This document shows, one piece after another, positions 36,268 to 46,331 of a stretch of 52,857 nt of DNA. Positions within the stretch are counted from its first letter, which is position 1; each line of letters starts with the position of its first letter. Source of the stretch: Bacillota bacterium (lineage in GTDB: Bacteria; Bacillota; Clostridia; Oscillospirales; Acutalibacteraceae); NCBI GenBank assembly GCA_029007015.1, contig JAQXHB010000111.1:1-52857 (forward strand). Reading direction: 5' to 3'. The position numbers were made by a program, and so were the translations under genes. The notes below the pieces were generated by a model, which searched no databases, was not told the origin of the DNA, and saw only the letters and a list, made by a program, of their open reading frames with translations.

Positions 36268-36417
36268 ATCGCCCCGACCATTTCAACAAAGTAACAATTT
36301 TGTAATTAACGGCCGCACGCTTATCGGGCGGCAAAATGGGTCGATTTGGCGCCTGATGGGATGCGGCGCGGCGTCTCCGCCCGAAAAATTCGGGAAAATT
36401 TTAACAATCTTGCTGAT

Positions 36418-36446
36418 TTGTCTTGAAAAATAATGGCAAGTATAAT
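36418..36446 (+). promoter_or_regulatory. candidate sigma-A promoter of pgk-tpiA-gpmI
   Basis: TTGTCT - 17 nt - TATAAT. Confidence 0.4.
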
Positions 36447-36508
36447 AAAATAGTAAAGGTAAAACTGTTTTTACAAATTTTGCATAAATTATGAAAGGGT
36501 GTTCACAA

Positions 36509-37720
36509 ATGACCGCACTGAACAAAAAAACCGTAGACGACCTTAAAGTAAAAGGTCAAAAGGTGCTCGTCCGCTGTGATTTCAATGTTCCGCTCAAGAA
36601 CGGCGTCATCACCGATGAGAACCGCATCGTTGCCGCTCTGCCGACCATCAAGAAGTTGATTGCCGACGGCGCGCAGGTTATCCTTTGCTCTCACCTCGGC
36701 AAGCCGAAGGGCGAGCCCAAGCCCGAACTGTCGCTGGCTCCCGTTGCCAAGCGCCTGAGCGAACTGCTGGGACAAGAGGTGGTATTTGCCGCTGATGACA
36801 ATGTTGTCGGTGACAATGCCAAGGCCGCCGTTGCCGCTATGAAGGACGGCGATGTTGTACTGCTCCAGAATACCCGCTACCGCGCCGAGGAGACCAAGAA
36901 CGGCGAGGCTTTCAGCAAGGAACTGGGCAGTCTGGCCGACATCTTTGTTAACGACGCTTTCGGTGCCGCTCACCGCGCTCACTGCTCAACCGTCGGCGTT
37001 GTCAGTTATGTCAAGGAGGCCGCTGTCGGCTACCTTATCGAGAAGGAACTGAAGTATCTCGGCGGCGCTGTCGAGAATCCGGTTCGCCCCTTTGTCACCA
37101 TCCTCGGCGGTGCCAAGGTTGCTGACAAACTGACCGTTATCGAAAATCTGCTCAACAAGGCTGACACCCTCATCATCGGCGGCGGCATGTCATACACCTT
37201 CCTCGCGGCCAAAGGCTACGGCGTCGGCACCTCTCTGCTCGACAGCGAGAAAATTGACTACTGCGCCGACATGCTCAAGAAGGCTGAGGAAAAGGGCGTC
37301 AAAATTTTGCTTCCGGTTGACTGCGTTATCGCCAAGAACTTCCCCGACCCCATTGATGCCGATATCGACACTCAGGTTGTTGACGCCGACAAGATTCCGG
37401 CTGACAGCATGAGCCTTGACATCGGACCCAAGACGGCTGAGATGTTTGCCGATGCCGTCAAGTCGGCTAAGACGGTGGTATGGAACGGCCCGATGGGCGT
37501 GTTCGAGAACCCGACTCTGGCCAAGGGCACCATTGCCGTTGCCAAATCTCTGGCCGAGACCGACGCTGTTACCATCATCGGCGGCGGCGACTCTGCCGCG
37601 GCTGTTAACACCCGCGGCTTCGGTGACAAGATGAGCCACATCTCCACCGGCGGCGGCGCCTCGCTCGAATTCCTCGAGGGCACGGAACTGCCCGGTATCG
37701 CGGCTGGCGACAATCAGTAA
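36509..37720 (+). CDS. pgk: phosphoglycerate kinase
   Basis: [26 protein letters not shown] motifs. The ATG at 36509 has an AAAGGG RBS. Confidence 0.97.
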   Translation: MTALNKKTVDDLKVKGQKVLVRCDFNVPLKNGVITDENRIVAALPTIKKLIADGAQVILCSHLGKPKGEPKPELSLAPVAKRLSELLGQEVVFAADDNVVGDNAKAAVAAMKDGDVVLLQNTRYRAEETKNGEAFSKELGSLADIFVNDAFGAAHRAHCSTVGVVSYVKEAAVGYLIEKELKYLGGAVENPVRPFVTILGGAKVADKLTVIENLLNKADTLIIGGGMSYTFLAAKGYGVGTSLLDSEKIDYCADMLKKAEEKGVKILLPVDCVIAKNFPDPIDADIDTQVVDADKIPADSMSLDIGPKTAEMFADAVKSAKTVVWNGPMGVFENPTLAKGTIAVAKSLAETDAVTIIGGGDSAAAVNTRGFGDKMSHISTGGGASLEFLEGTELPGIAAGDNQ

Positions 37721-37784
37721 TTTATCAGATATAGGCATACGGCGGCCGCTGTATGCCTACTGTTATGAAAGGATTGCATGTAAT

Positions 37785-38552
37785 ATGAATAAAAATTTGC
37801 GCAAAGCCGTCATCGCCGGCAACTGGAAAATGAACAAGACCCCCGCCGAAGCGGCCGCTCTCATCAGCGAAATGAAGCCGCTCGTAGCCGACGCCGGCTG
37901 CGATGTCGTGCTGTGTGTTCCCTTCATTGACATTCCCGCCGCTGTTGAGGCCGCCAAAGGCTCCAACATCGCCATCGGCGCCGAGAATATCCACTTCAAG
38001 GCTTCGGGCGCTTACACCGGCGAAATTTCGGCCGATATGCTCACCGAAGCAGGCGTTAAATATGTTGTGGTCGGCCACAGCGAGCGCCGTCAGTATTTCG
38101 GTGAGACCGACCAGACTGTCAACCTGCGCACTCTCGCCGCTGTCAATGCCGGTCTGACCGCCATCGTCTGCGTTGGCGAGACCCTCGAACAGCGTGAACT
38201 CGGCTACACCGAGACTCTGCTCAAATTCCAAACCAAGATGGCGCTGACCAATGTGTCGGCCGACCAACTCAAAAACATCATCATCGCCTACGAGCCGGTT
38301 TGGGCCATCGGCACCGGCGTTACCGCCACCGCCGAGCAGGCTGACGAGGGCAACGGATATGTGCGTGCCGCCATTGCCGAGATGTACGGCGCCGATGTTG
38401 CCGAGACTGTCACCGTGCAGTACGGCGGCTCGATGAACGCCGGCAATGCCGAGGAACTGCTCGGCAAGGTCAATGTTGACGGCGGCCTTATCGGCGGCGC
38501 CTCGCTCAAGGCTCAGGACTTCTCGGTCATCGTTAAGGCGGCCGGCAAATAA
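37785..38552 (+). CDS. tpiA: triose-phosphate isomerase
   Basis: AGNWKMN, VGHSERR, AYEPVWAIGTG, GGASLK motifs. Confidence 0.97.
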   Translation: MNKNLRKAVIAGNWKMNKTPAEAAALISEMKPLVADAGCDVVLCVPFIDIPAAVEAAKGSNIAIGAENIHFKASGAYTGEISADMLTEAGVKYVVVGHSERRQYFGETDQTVNLRTLAAVNAGLTAIVCVGETLEQRELGYTETLLKFQTKMALTNVSADQLKNIIIAYEPVWAIGTGVTATAEQADEGNGYVRAAIAEMYGADVAETVTVQYGGSMNAGNAEELLGKVNVDGGLIGGASLKAQDFSVIVKAAGK

Positions 38553-38575
38553 TCATCCGAAAGGAACTAACCACC

Positions 38576-40111
38576 ATGAAAAAACCGGTTGTTTTAACCA
38601 TAATGGACGGCTTCGGCATCAACGCCCCCGACTCGGGCAACGCCATTGCCGCCGCCAAAACTCCCCGCCTGGACAGCATCTTTTCAAACTGCCCGACCAC
38701 TCAAATCGGCGCATCGGGCATGGATGTCGGCCTACCTGACGGGCAGATGGGCAACAGCGAAGTCGGACACACCAACATCGGCGCCGGCCGGGTTGTTTAC
38801 CAGGAATTGACACGCATTACCAAGGCCATCAGCGACGGCGATTTCTTTGAAAATCCCGCATTCTTGGCCGCTGTTGAAAACTGCAAACAGCACGACAGCG
38901 CTCTGCATCTGATGGGCCTGCTGTCCGACGGCGGTGTTCACAGCCACATCGAGCACCTCTATGCCTTGGTTGAGTTGGCCCGCCGCGAGGGTCTTGAGCG
39001 TGTCTACATTCACGCTCTGCTTGACGGCCGCGATGTGCCGCCGGCCTCTGCCGCCGACTACATCGAACAGTGCAATGCCCGTCTGGCCGAAATCGGCGTG
39101 GGCAAGGTTGCCACCGTCGCCGGCCGCTTCTATGCCATGGACCGTGACAACCGCTGGGAGCGCGTGGGCAAGGCTTACGCCGCGCTGGTTTACGGCGAGG
39201 GCGTGCAGGCCGACAATGCGGCCGCGGCTGTTCGTGCCTCTTACGAGACGGTTGATGAGGACGGCAAAAATCTGACCGACGAGTTTGTTCTGCCCACCGT
39301 CATCAGCGGCACCGAGCGCATCAAGTCGGGCGACAGCGTCATTTTCTTCAACTTCCGTCCCGACCGTGCGCGCGAAATCACCCGCACCTTTGTCGATGAC
39401 GAGTTTTCCGGCTTTGAGCGCCGCGGCGGCCGTCAGGATGTTTTCTATGTCTGCATGACCCAGTACGACGCCGCCATGCCCAATGTGCAGGTGGCCTTCA
39501 AGCCGCAGACGCTGACCAACACCCTCGGTGAGTATCTGTCCAAACTGGGCAAGACCCAGTTGCGCATTGCCGAGACGGAGAAGTACGCTCATGTCACCTT
39601 CTTCTTCAACGGCGGACAGGAGGTCATGTTTGAGGGCGAGGACCGCATACTGGTCAATTCGCCCAAGGTGGCCACATACGACCTGCAACCCGAAATGAGC
39701 GCTGTGCCCGTGTGCGACAAGGTGTGCGAGGCCATCGAAAGCGGCAAGTACGATGTTGTTATACTCAACTTTGCCAACTGCGATATGGTCGGTCACACCG
39801 GAATTTTCTCTGCCGCTGTTGCGGCGGTCGAGACGGTTGACACTTGTGTCGGCCGCGTGCAGGACTCTGTGCTCAAGATGGGCGGCGTCATGCTGTTGAC
39901 CGCCGACCACGGCAATGCCGACCGTATGGTCGACACCGACGGAAGTCCCTTCACCGCGCACACCACCAATCCGGTGCCCTTCTCGGTCATCGGTGCGGGC
40001 GACTGCAAACTGCGCGAGGGCGGCCGCCTGTGCGATATTTCGCCCACAATTTTGAAAATTATGGGCATCGCTCAGCCGGACGAAATGACCGGCGAGAGCA
40101 TCGTTCTGTAA
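38576..40111 (+). CDS. gpmI: 2,3-bisphosphoglycerate-independent phosphoglycerate mutase
   Basis: 511 aa; ILDG-type N-terminus (LTIMDGFG), GNSEVGH, SDGGVHSH, ADHGNAD motifs. Confidence 0.97.
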   Translation: MKKPVVLTIMDGFGINAPDSGNAIAAAKTPRLDSIFSNCPTTQIGASGMDVGLPDGQMGNSEVGHTNIGAGRVVYQELTRITKAISDGDFFENPAFLAAVENCKQHDSALHLMGLLSDGGVHSHIEHLYALVELARREGLERVYIHALLDGRDVPPASAADYIEQCNARLAEIGVGKVATVAGRFYAMDRDNRWERVGKAYAALVYGEGVQADNAAAAVRASYETVDEDGKNLTDEFVLPTVISGTERIKSGDSVIFFNFRPDRAREITRTFVDDEFSGFERRGGRQDVFYVCMTQYDAAMPNVQVAFKPQTLTNTLGEYLSKLGKTQLRIAETEKYAHVTFFFNGGQEVMFEGEDRILVNSPKVATYDLQPEMSAVPVCDKVCEAIESGKYDVVILNFANCDMVGHTGIFSAAVAAVETVDTCVGRVQDSVLKMGGVMLLTADHGNADRMVDTDGSPFTAHTTNPVPFSVIGAGDCKLREGGRLCDISPTILKIMGIAQPDEMTGESIVL

Positions 40112-40131
40112 TATAAAACACAGCAATATTT

Positions 40132-40165
40132 AAGCGGTATTCCCCAACGGGAATACCGCTTTTTT
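40132..40165. terminator. bidirectional terminator between gpmI and thrS
   Basis: GCGGTATTCCC-CAAC-GGGAATACCGC followed by TTTTTT. Confidence 0.85.
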
Positions 40166-40190
40166 GTGCTTGTATTTACTTGACGCGGTC

Positions 40191-41957
40191 TTATGCGCGC
40201 TCGGCAATTTCGCCGGCCACCTTGGCAATGAACTCATCGAGACTCATCTCAGTGGTGCTGTCGGTGGCACGCTCGCGCACCGAAACAGTGCCGTTTTCCG
40301 CCTCGTTGGCGCCGACAATCAGCATGTAGGGCACGCGGTCGATTTGGCGCGCCTCTCGAATTTTGTATCCGATTTTCTCATTGCGGTCATCCAGTTCGAC
40401 GCGAATCTTTGCCTCGCGCAGAGCGGCGTAAACGCCCTCAGCGTACTCGGCGCTTTTCTCGCTGACCGGCAGTACCTTGACCTGAACGGGCGCCAGCCAT
40501 GTCGGGAAGCGGCCGGCAAAGTGCTCGGTCAGTATGCCGATGAAGCGCTCGATTGAGCCAAAGCAAACGCGGTGAATCATTATCGGGCGCTCTTTCTCAC
40601 CCTTTTCGTCAACATATTCCAAATCAAAGTTGAGCGGCATCTGGAAGTCAAGTTGTATGGTGCCGCACTGCCATGTTCTGCCGAGGCTGTCCTCGAGGTG
40701 GAAGTCAATCTTCGGCCCGTAGAAGGCACCGTCACCCTCGTTGACGATATAGGGCAGACCCAACTTCTCCAGTGCGCCCTTGAGTCCCTCGGTCGCGGCC
40801 TCCCAGTCCTCATCACTGCCCATGCTGTCTTCGGGTCGGGTGGACAACTCAATGAAGTATTTGAAGCCGAACTTGGTGTAAACCTCATTGATGAGGTGAA
40901 CCACGCCCATTATCTCGTCGGTTATCTGGTCGCGGCGCATGAATATGTGCGCGTCATCCTGCGTGAAGCAGCGCACGCGGAAAAGGCCGTGAAGCGCGCC
41001 GCGCAGTTCGTGGCGGTGCACCAAGCCCAACTCGCCCACGCGCATCGGCAGTTCGCGGTAACTGTGCGGCTGACTGCGGTAGACCATCACACCGCCGGGG
41101 CAGTTCATGGGCTTAATGCAGTAATCCTCATCGTCGATGACGGTAGAGTACATGTTATCCTTGTAGTGGTCCCAGTGTCCGCTGGTCTCCCACAAATGGC
41201 GGTTCATTATGAGCGGCGTGCTGACCTCGACATAATTCTCACGGGTGTGTATGTCTCGCCAGTAGTCGATGAGTGCATTTTTGAGCGCCATGCCCTTGGG
41301 CAGAAAGAAGGGGAATCCCGGCCCCTCGTCGCACATCATAAACAGTTCCATTTCGCGGCCGATTTTGCGGTGATCGCGGCGCTCGGCCTCCTCAAGCAGT
41401 TTGAGGTAATCGTCCAGTTCGGCCTGGCTTGGGAATGCGATACCGTTGATGCGGGTGAGCATCTTGCGGCTTTTGTCTCCCTTCCAGTAGGCGCCGGACT
41501 GCTGGGTTATCTTGAACGCCTTGAGCCCTTTGGTGTATGTCAGGTGCGGGCCGACGCACATGTCGATGTACTCGCCCTGCTGATAGAAACTGATAACAGC
41601 GTCGTCACCGAGGTCGTCGATGTGCTCCAGTTTGTACTGCTCATTACGCTCGCGCATGAGGGCAATCGCCTCGTCCCGCGGCAGGATAAAGGGCTTGATG
41701 GGCAGATTTTCTTTGACAATTTTGCGCATTTCCTGCTCAATCCTGACCAAATCCTCGTCGGTCAGTTTGACATCGCCCAAGTCGACATCATAGTAAAATC
41801 CCTTTTCGGTTGCGGGGCCAAAGGCAAAGTCGGCTTGCGGCCACAGCCGCTTGATGGCCTGCGCCATTACATGTGCCGCTGTGTGGCGAATGACATGCAG
41901 TTCCTCCGCCTTGTCAACGCACTCGCGCACCTCGCCGTTGTTGCAAATAACCTTCAT
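40191..41957 (-). CDS. thrS: threonine--tRNA ligase (N-terminal TGS domain largely absent)
   Basis: 588 aa; editing-domain HxxxH (HTAAHVMAQA), class II core (HRHELRGALHGLFRVRCFTQDDAH), anticodon-binding C-terminus. Confidence 0.95.
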   Translation of the reverse strand: MKVICNNGEVRECVDKAEELHVIRHTAAHVMAQAIKRLWPQADFAFGPATEKGFYYDVDLGDVKLTDEDLVRIEQEMRKIVKENLPIKPFILPRDEAIALMRERNEQYKLEHIDDLGDDAVISFYQQGEYIDMCVGPHLTYTKGLKAFKITQQSGAYWKGDKSRKMLTRINGIAFPSQAELDDYLKLLEEAERRDHRKIGREMELFMMCDEGPGFPFFLPKGMALKNALIDYWRDIHTRENYVEVSTPLIMNRHLWETSGHWDHYKDNMYSTVIDDEDYCIKPMNCPGGVMVYRSQPHSYRELPMRVGELGLVHRHELRGALHGLFRVRCFTQDDAHIFMRRDQITDEIMGVVHLINEVYTKFGFKYFIELSTRPEDSMGSDEDWEAATEGLKGALEKLGLPYIVNEGDGAFYGPKIDFHLEDSLGRTWQCGTIQLDFQMPLNFDLEYVDEKGEKERPIMIHRVCFGSIERFIGILTEHFAGRFPTWLAPVQVKVLPVSEKSAEYAEGVYAALREAKIRVELDDRNEKIGYKIREARQIDRVPYMLIVGANEAENGTVSVRERATDSTTEMSLDEFIAKVAGEIAERA

Positions 41958-42229
41958 TTATATCCTTCCTTTCATTTGCGTACAAAAAAAGCACCCCATG
42001 GCATGTAACTGCCAAAGGGTGCCAGAATTTAAGCACGGTTCCACCTTTAATTTTATCTCGATTATACCCTTAACGCGGGCGGTCGGCGGCGCTTACTGTC
42101 AGTTCAGCGCGGCGGCTCGGGGGCGGTACAGGTGCCGACAACCACGAGCGCCTTGCAGCCGATGAGCGCCCTCTCTGCCGTGGTTGGATGAACAAGCAAT
42201 TGCTTCCCCGTCAAAGCCATTCACTTTTA
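41958..42229 (-). promoter_or_regulatory. T-box leader of thrS (Thr ACC candidate specifier)
   Basis: Minus strand: AGAGA and GGCUGCAAGG distal elements, ACC-G-CCCCGAGCC at the 3' side of stem I, T-box AAAGGUGGAACCGUG (42034-42048), terminator GCACCC...GGGGUGC plus UUUUUUU (41984-42021). Confidence 0.85.
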
Positions 42230-42236
42230 TGGGCAA

Positions 42237-42265
42237 ATTATAGCACACCGCCGCCCGGTTGTCAA
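42237..42265 (-). promoter_or_regulatory. consensus sigma-A promoter of the thrS leader
   Basis: Minus strand TTGACA - 17 nt - TATAAT. Confidence 0.75.
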
Positions 42266-42339
42266 GAGCCGCCCGCAAAGGACGCCCTTCTTAAAAACTC
42301 GGCAGAAATATAATATTTGTAAATTATGTGCGGCAGTGC

Positions 42340-42368
42340 TTGACAAATGTGTTTTGTTCTGCTATAAT
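42340..42368 (+). promoter_or_regulatory. consensus sigma-A promoter of the dapA-lysA leader
   Basis: TTGACA - 17 nt - TATAAT. Confidence 0.75.
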
Positions 42369-42380
42369 CACTGATAACTG

Positions 42381-42541
42381 TGATAGAGGTGCATTTTGCA
42401 ATCAGTACCCGCGGCACAGCGGCTCGCAAGCCGCCGCGGCGAAAGGTGCAGATGCCGAAGTGTCGGCCAACCGCGTGCGGCCGATGCTGGTTGTGCGGAT
42501 TAACAGCCGTATGACTGTCGCCGGTCGGCGGAGCGCTATCT
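42381..42541 (+). promoter_or_regulatory. L-box lysine riboswitch
   Basis: GAUAGAGGUGC...AGUAC...GAAAGGUGC...GCCGAAG...GCUGG...ACUGUCGCC...GGAGCGCUAUC matches the conserved lysine-riboswitch blocks. Upstream of lysine-biosynthesis genes. Confidence 0.85.
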
Positions 42542-42582
42542 GATTTTTAATTTAATCGATCACCATATTGATATTAAAAATT

Positions 42583-42615
42583 AGGTAGTTGCTGCGTTGA
42601 GCAACTACCTTTTTA
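42583..42615 (+). terminator. expression-platform terminator of the L-box
   Basis: AGGTAGTTGC ... GCAACTACCT 10-bp stem followed by TTTTT. Confidence 0.85.
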
Positions 42616-42639
42616 TGTGTGATTACGGAGGTTATATGT

Positions 42640-43530
42640 ATGAACAAAAAAACTGTATTTACCGGTGTTGCCACCGCGCTCATTACCCCGTTTGATGAAA
42701 ACGGCGTCAATTACGAGCAGTTTGAGCGCATCATCGAGTGGCAGATTGCCAGCGGTATCAATGCGCTGGTCGCCTGCGGCACCACAGGCGAGTCATCGAC
42801 CATGACCGACGACGAGCATCGAGAGGTCATAGCCTTTGCCGCCAAGGTCATCAACGGCCGCGTGCCCCTCATCGCCGGCACCGGCAGCAACGACACATCG
42901 TATGCGCTCGACCTTATCAAGTGCGCGTGCGAGGCCGGCGCCGATGCCATGCTGGTGGTTACTCCCTATTACAACAAGGCCACTCAAAAAGGCCTGTGCA
43001 AAATGTTCACCCAACTGGCCGACGCCAGCGAAAAGCCGATAATCCTTTACAATGTGCCGTCGCGCACCGGCGTCAACATCGAGCCGGCCACCTATGAAGC
43101 GCTGGCCGAGCACGAAAACATCGTCGCCATCAAAGAGGCCAGCGGCAACATCTCCAAAATTGTCGAAACAGCGGCGCGCTGCCGCGGCAAACTCGACCTT
43201 TACTCGGGCAACGACGACCAGACAGTGCCCATCATGTCGCTCGGCGGCAAGGGCGTTATCTCGGTACTGTCCAACATTCTGCCGGCCGAGACGGTGGCCA
43301 TTTGCGACAGTTTCTTTGCCGGCGACATTGAGCGCGCCGCTCAACTGCAGTGCCGCTATCAGCCGCTCATCAGCGCGCTGTTCAGCGAGGTCAATCCCAT
43401 TCCGGTCAAGGCGGCTATGGCGCGCATGGGCTGGTGCGAGAACCGCCTGCGCATGCCGCTGACCCCCATGGACGAGGCGCTTGAGGCACGCATGGTCGAA
43501 CTTATGCGTGCAGAGGGGCTTAATGTTTAA
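42640..43530 (+). CDS. dapA: 4-hydroxy-tetrahydrodipicolinate synthase
   Basis: GVATALITPF, GTTGES, YNVPSRTG, IKEASG (Schiff-base Lys) motifs. GGAGG RBS before the ATG at 42640. Confidence 0.96.
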   Translation: MNKKTVFTGVATALITPFDENGVNYEQFERIIEWQIASGINALVACGTTGESSTMTDDEHREVIAFAAKVINGRVPLIAGTGSNDTSYALDLIKCACEAGADAMLVVTPYYNKATQKGLCKMFTQLADASEKPIILYNVPSRTGVNIEPATYEALAEHENIVAIKEASGNISKIVETAARCRGKLDLYSGNDDQTVPIMSLGGKGVISVLSNILPAETVAICDSFFAGDIERAAQLQCRYQPLISALFSEVNPIPVKAAMARMGWCENRLRMPLTPMDEALEARMVELMRAEGLNV

Positions 43531-43554
43531 CTGAACACAGAGAGGACTTTTAAA

Positions 43555-44856
43555 ATGATACACTCAAACATAACGGTCTCAGACGACGGACACCTCTGCT
43601 TTGCCGGGCGCGACACCGTCCAACTGGCCGAGAAATACGGCACGCCGCTGATGCTGATTGACGAGGACAGGGTGCGCGAGCGCGCCTCAACATATGTCGC
43701 GGCCATGCGCGAATACTTTGGCGAGGGCAGTGCGCCGCTCTACGCGAGCAAGGCGCTCAGTTGCGTCGCAATGTATAAGATTGTCGGGTCAGAGGGCATG
43801 AGTGTCGATGTTGTCTCGTCGGGCGAACTTTACACCGCGCTCAAAGCCGGCTTTCCTGCCGAGCGCATCTACTTTCACGGCAACAACAAGACGGCCGATG
43901 ATGTCCGCTACGGACTGGACAGCCGCATCGGCTATTTCGTTGCCGACAATTTAGACGAGGTCGAGCGCATCAGCGTGATGGCCGGCGAGAGGGGCATGAC
44001 TCAGCCGATACTGCTGCGCCTGACCCCCGGCATTGACCCCCACACCAACGAAAAGATTTCAACCGGCAAGGTCGACTCAAAATTCGGCACCGCTATCGAA
44101 ACCGGACAGGCCGAACAGCTTATCGCCCGCGTGCTGACCATGCCGGGCATCAAACTGTGCGGTTTTCATTGCCATGTCGGCTCGCAGGTGTTCGACCAGT
44201 ACCCCTTCTGCGACGCGGCCGATATCATGATTGACTTTATGGCCCACATCGAGCAGTCCCTCGGCTACCGCGCCGAGATACTCAATTTGGGCGGCGGCTT
44301 CGGCGTGCGCTATGTCGACAGCGACCCATACATCGACATCCGCGACACCATACGGCTGATAGCCGAGCACATCAATAACCGGTGCGCCGAGCACGGCATG
44401 CCTGTGCCGCGCATACTCATGGAGCCCGGCCGCTCCATCGTAGCCGACTCCGGCATGACCGTTTACACCGTCGGCAGTGTCAAGACCATCGCCGGGTACA
44501 AAAGTTATGTGGCCATCGACGGCGGCATGACCGATAACCCGCGTTACACCCTCTACGGGTCAAAGTACACCGTTTATAATGCCAGCCGCGCCGATGCACC
44601 GGCCGATTTCAAGTGCACGGTGGCCGGCCGCTGCTGCGAGAGCGGCGACCTCATTGCCGAGGGCGTGTCGGTTGCGCGGCCGCAGAGCGGCGACAAATTG
44701 GCCGTGGCCGTGACCGGCGCCTACAACTACTCCATGGCCTCCAACTACAACCGCGTGCCGCGGCCGCCCATTGTGGCCCTTCGCGGCGGCGCCGACCGAG
44801 TAATTGTTCGCCGCGAGACCTATGCGGACATGGTCGCGTGCGACATAGATGAATAA
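43555..44856 (+). CDS. lysA: diaminopimelate decarboxylase
   Basis: 433 aa; YASKA (PLP Lys), HCHVGSQ, EPGRSIV, CESGD motifs. Confidence 0.96.
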   Translation: MIHSNITVSDDGHLCFAGRDTVQLAEKYGTPLMLIDEDRVRERASTYVAAMREYFGEGSAPLYASKALSCVAMYKIVGSEGMSVDVVSSGELYTALKAGFPAERIYFHGNNKTADDVRYGLDSRIGYFVADNLDEVERISVMAGERGMTQPILLRLTPGIDPHTNEKISTGKVDSKFGTAIETGQAEQLIARVLTMPGIKLCGFHCHVGSQVFDQYPFCDAADIMIDFMAHIEQSLGYRAEILNLGGGFGVRYVDSDPYIDIRDTIRLIAEHINNRCAEHGMPVPRILMEPGRSIVADSGMTVYTVGSVKTIAGYKSYVAIDGGMTDNPRYTLYGSKYTVYNASRADAPADFKCTVAGRCCESGDLIAEGVSVARPQSGDKLAVAVTGAYNYSMASNYNRVPRPPIVALRGGADRVIVRRETYADMVACDIDE

Positions 44857-44878
44857 GCCTTGCATACAGATGTGCGAT

Positions 44879-44918
44879 AAAAAAGATTGCCGATGGATAA
44901 CCCGTCGGCAATCTTTTT
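44879..44918. terminator. bidirectional terminator between lysA and the GtrA-family gene
   Basis: AAGATTGCCGA ... TCGGCAATCTT stem flanked by AAAAA and TTTTTT. Confidence 0.85.
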
Positions 44919-44934
44919 TATTGCGGCAATCGGC

Positions 44935-45417
44935 TTATTTGCTTGCCTTTTTGCCGTGCTTGGTAAATACCAAAAACCTGCTGAAAATATAGTTGAGCAC
45001 AAAAACGATGACCTGCGTCAGCAGTTTGGCTATCATGTCATTCATGCCGAGCACCGACATGAGCGCCACTCCGCCCACTTCAATGAGCAAGGTGGACAGT
45101 CGGGCCCCGAAAAACCGTGCAAATTCACCCATGTGCTGACCGACGGTCGACGCCGTCGAGTGAAAGACAAACCGCGAATTGGTGACAAATGCAAAAATTA
45201 TCGACAGCACAATGGCGATTACATTTGACAGCGTCTCGCCCGACAGACTGCTCCCGAGAGGGGTCATACGCGTCAGCAGGGCGTAACAGCAAACATTGAC
45301 CAGTGTGGTCAGCAGGCCGAAAAAGCAGTACCGTATCGCGCCATTGTTTGCAAGTTTGACAATCAACCTTTTCACAATCCGCACTCTCCGCTTCACCGAA
45401 AATAGGCGTCGGTTCAA
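44935..45417 (-). CDS. GtrA family membrane protein
   Basis: Four TM helices, RYCFFGLLTTLVNV N-terminal GtrA pattern. The true start may be the GTG at 45375 (GGAGAG RBS), because a TTGCAA-17-TATAAT promoter at 45435-45463 leaves almost no leader for the ATG at 45417. Confidence 0.75.
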   Translation of the reverse strand: MNRRLFSVKRRVRIVKRLIVKLANNGAIRYCFFGLLTTLVNVCCYALLTRMTPLGSSLSGETLSNVIAIVLSIIFAFVTNSRFVFHSTASTVGQHMGEFARFFGARLSTLLIEVGGVALMSVLGMNDMIAKLLTQVIVFVLNYIFSRFLVFTKHGKKASK

Positions 45418-45500
45418 ATGGCGACACCGACTACATTATATCCCACGGCGGCGGCTTTTGCAAGGCGCATTTTCAGACTGCCCGCACGGTCGGCTATAAT

Positions 45501-46202
45501 TTACAGCAGCGGGGACACGGCATCCCACAGCGTGCACAACAGCGGCGCAAATATTACCGCCGGCAACATATTGGCCACCTTGATTTTGGTGATTTTCATC
45601 ATGTTTAGCCCTATGCACATTATCATCAGCGAGCCGACACAGGTTATTTCGCAAACCGCCCAGTCGGTCAGCACCGGCTCAAGCAGTCCGGCCAACAGCA
45701 CGATGGTCCCCTGATAAACAAACACGCTGACGGCCGAGAGCACCACTCCGATGCCCAGAGTGACCGTCATCATGGCGGCCGACACGCAGTCGATGAGCGC
45801 CTTGGTGAAAAGGGTCTGATTGTCGCCCAGCAGTCCTGCATTGAGCGAGCCGACGACAGCCATTGCCCCCACGCAGAACAGCAGTGAGCCGCTGACAAAG
45901 CCATCGGCCAGCGATACTCCGCCGTCTCCGCGGCTGAGTTTGCGGTTGACCCATTCGCCCAGTCTGTTCAGTTTGTCGTCAATGTCGACAGCCGTGCCGA
46001 TAATGATGCCCAGCACCATCGACACGATGATGAGCAAGGTCTGCCGGCCCTTTAGCGCGCCGGTGATACCGATATACACAACACAGACTCCAAGCCCCAT
46101 CATGACCGAGTCAATCAACTTCTGCGGCAGTCCCTTTTTGCACAGCAGGCCGATCAGGCTGCCCGCAACTATCAGCACTGTATTTACAATTACTCCAATC
46201 AT
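45501..46202 (-). CDS. DUF554 family membrane protein (YdfK-like)
   Basis: 233 aa; MIGVIVNTVLIVAGSLIG N-terminus and a repeated glycine-rich TM pattern typical of DUF554. Confidence 0.7.
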   Translation of the reverse strand: MIGVIVNTVLIVAGSLIGLLCKKGLPQKLIDSVMMGLGVCVVYIGITGALKGRQTLLIIVSMVLGIIIGTAVDIDDKLNRLGEWVNRKLSRGDGGVSLADGFVSGSLLFCVGAMAVVGSLNAGLLGDNQTLFTKALIDCVSAAMMTVTLGIGVVLSAVSVFVYQGTIVLLAGLLEPVLTDWAVCEITCVGSLMIMCIGLNMMKITKIKVANMLPAVIFAPLLCTLWDAVSPLL

Positions 46203-46331
46203 AATTCTACCGCCCGTTTCCGTTTAAGTCAAAAAAATTATAAATCGGGCGGCGGCGCTTGTCAAGTCAAGCAAAAAGCGAGCATGAGGAAATCCCCACG
46301 CTCGCCCATGTGCGATTTTATTTTTTGCCCT

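Noticed and set aside
36283-36525. An 80-aa minus-strand ORF and imperfect inverted repeats (about 36297-36310 and 36468-36482) flanking the pgk promoter region; considered as an invertible promoter switch
   Set aside because: The repeats match at only about 9 of 12 positions, and no recombinase gene is nearby. The ORF lacks an RBS and lies in a promoter spacer.
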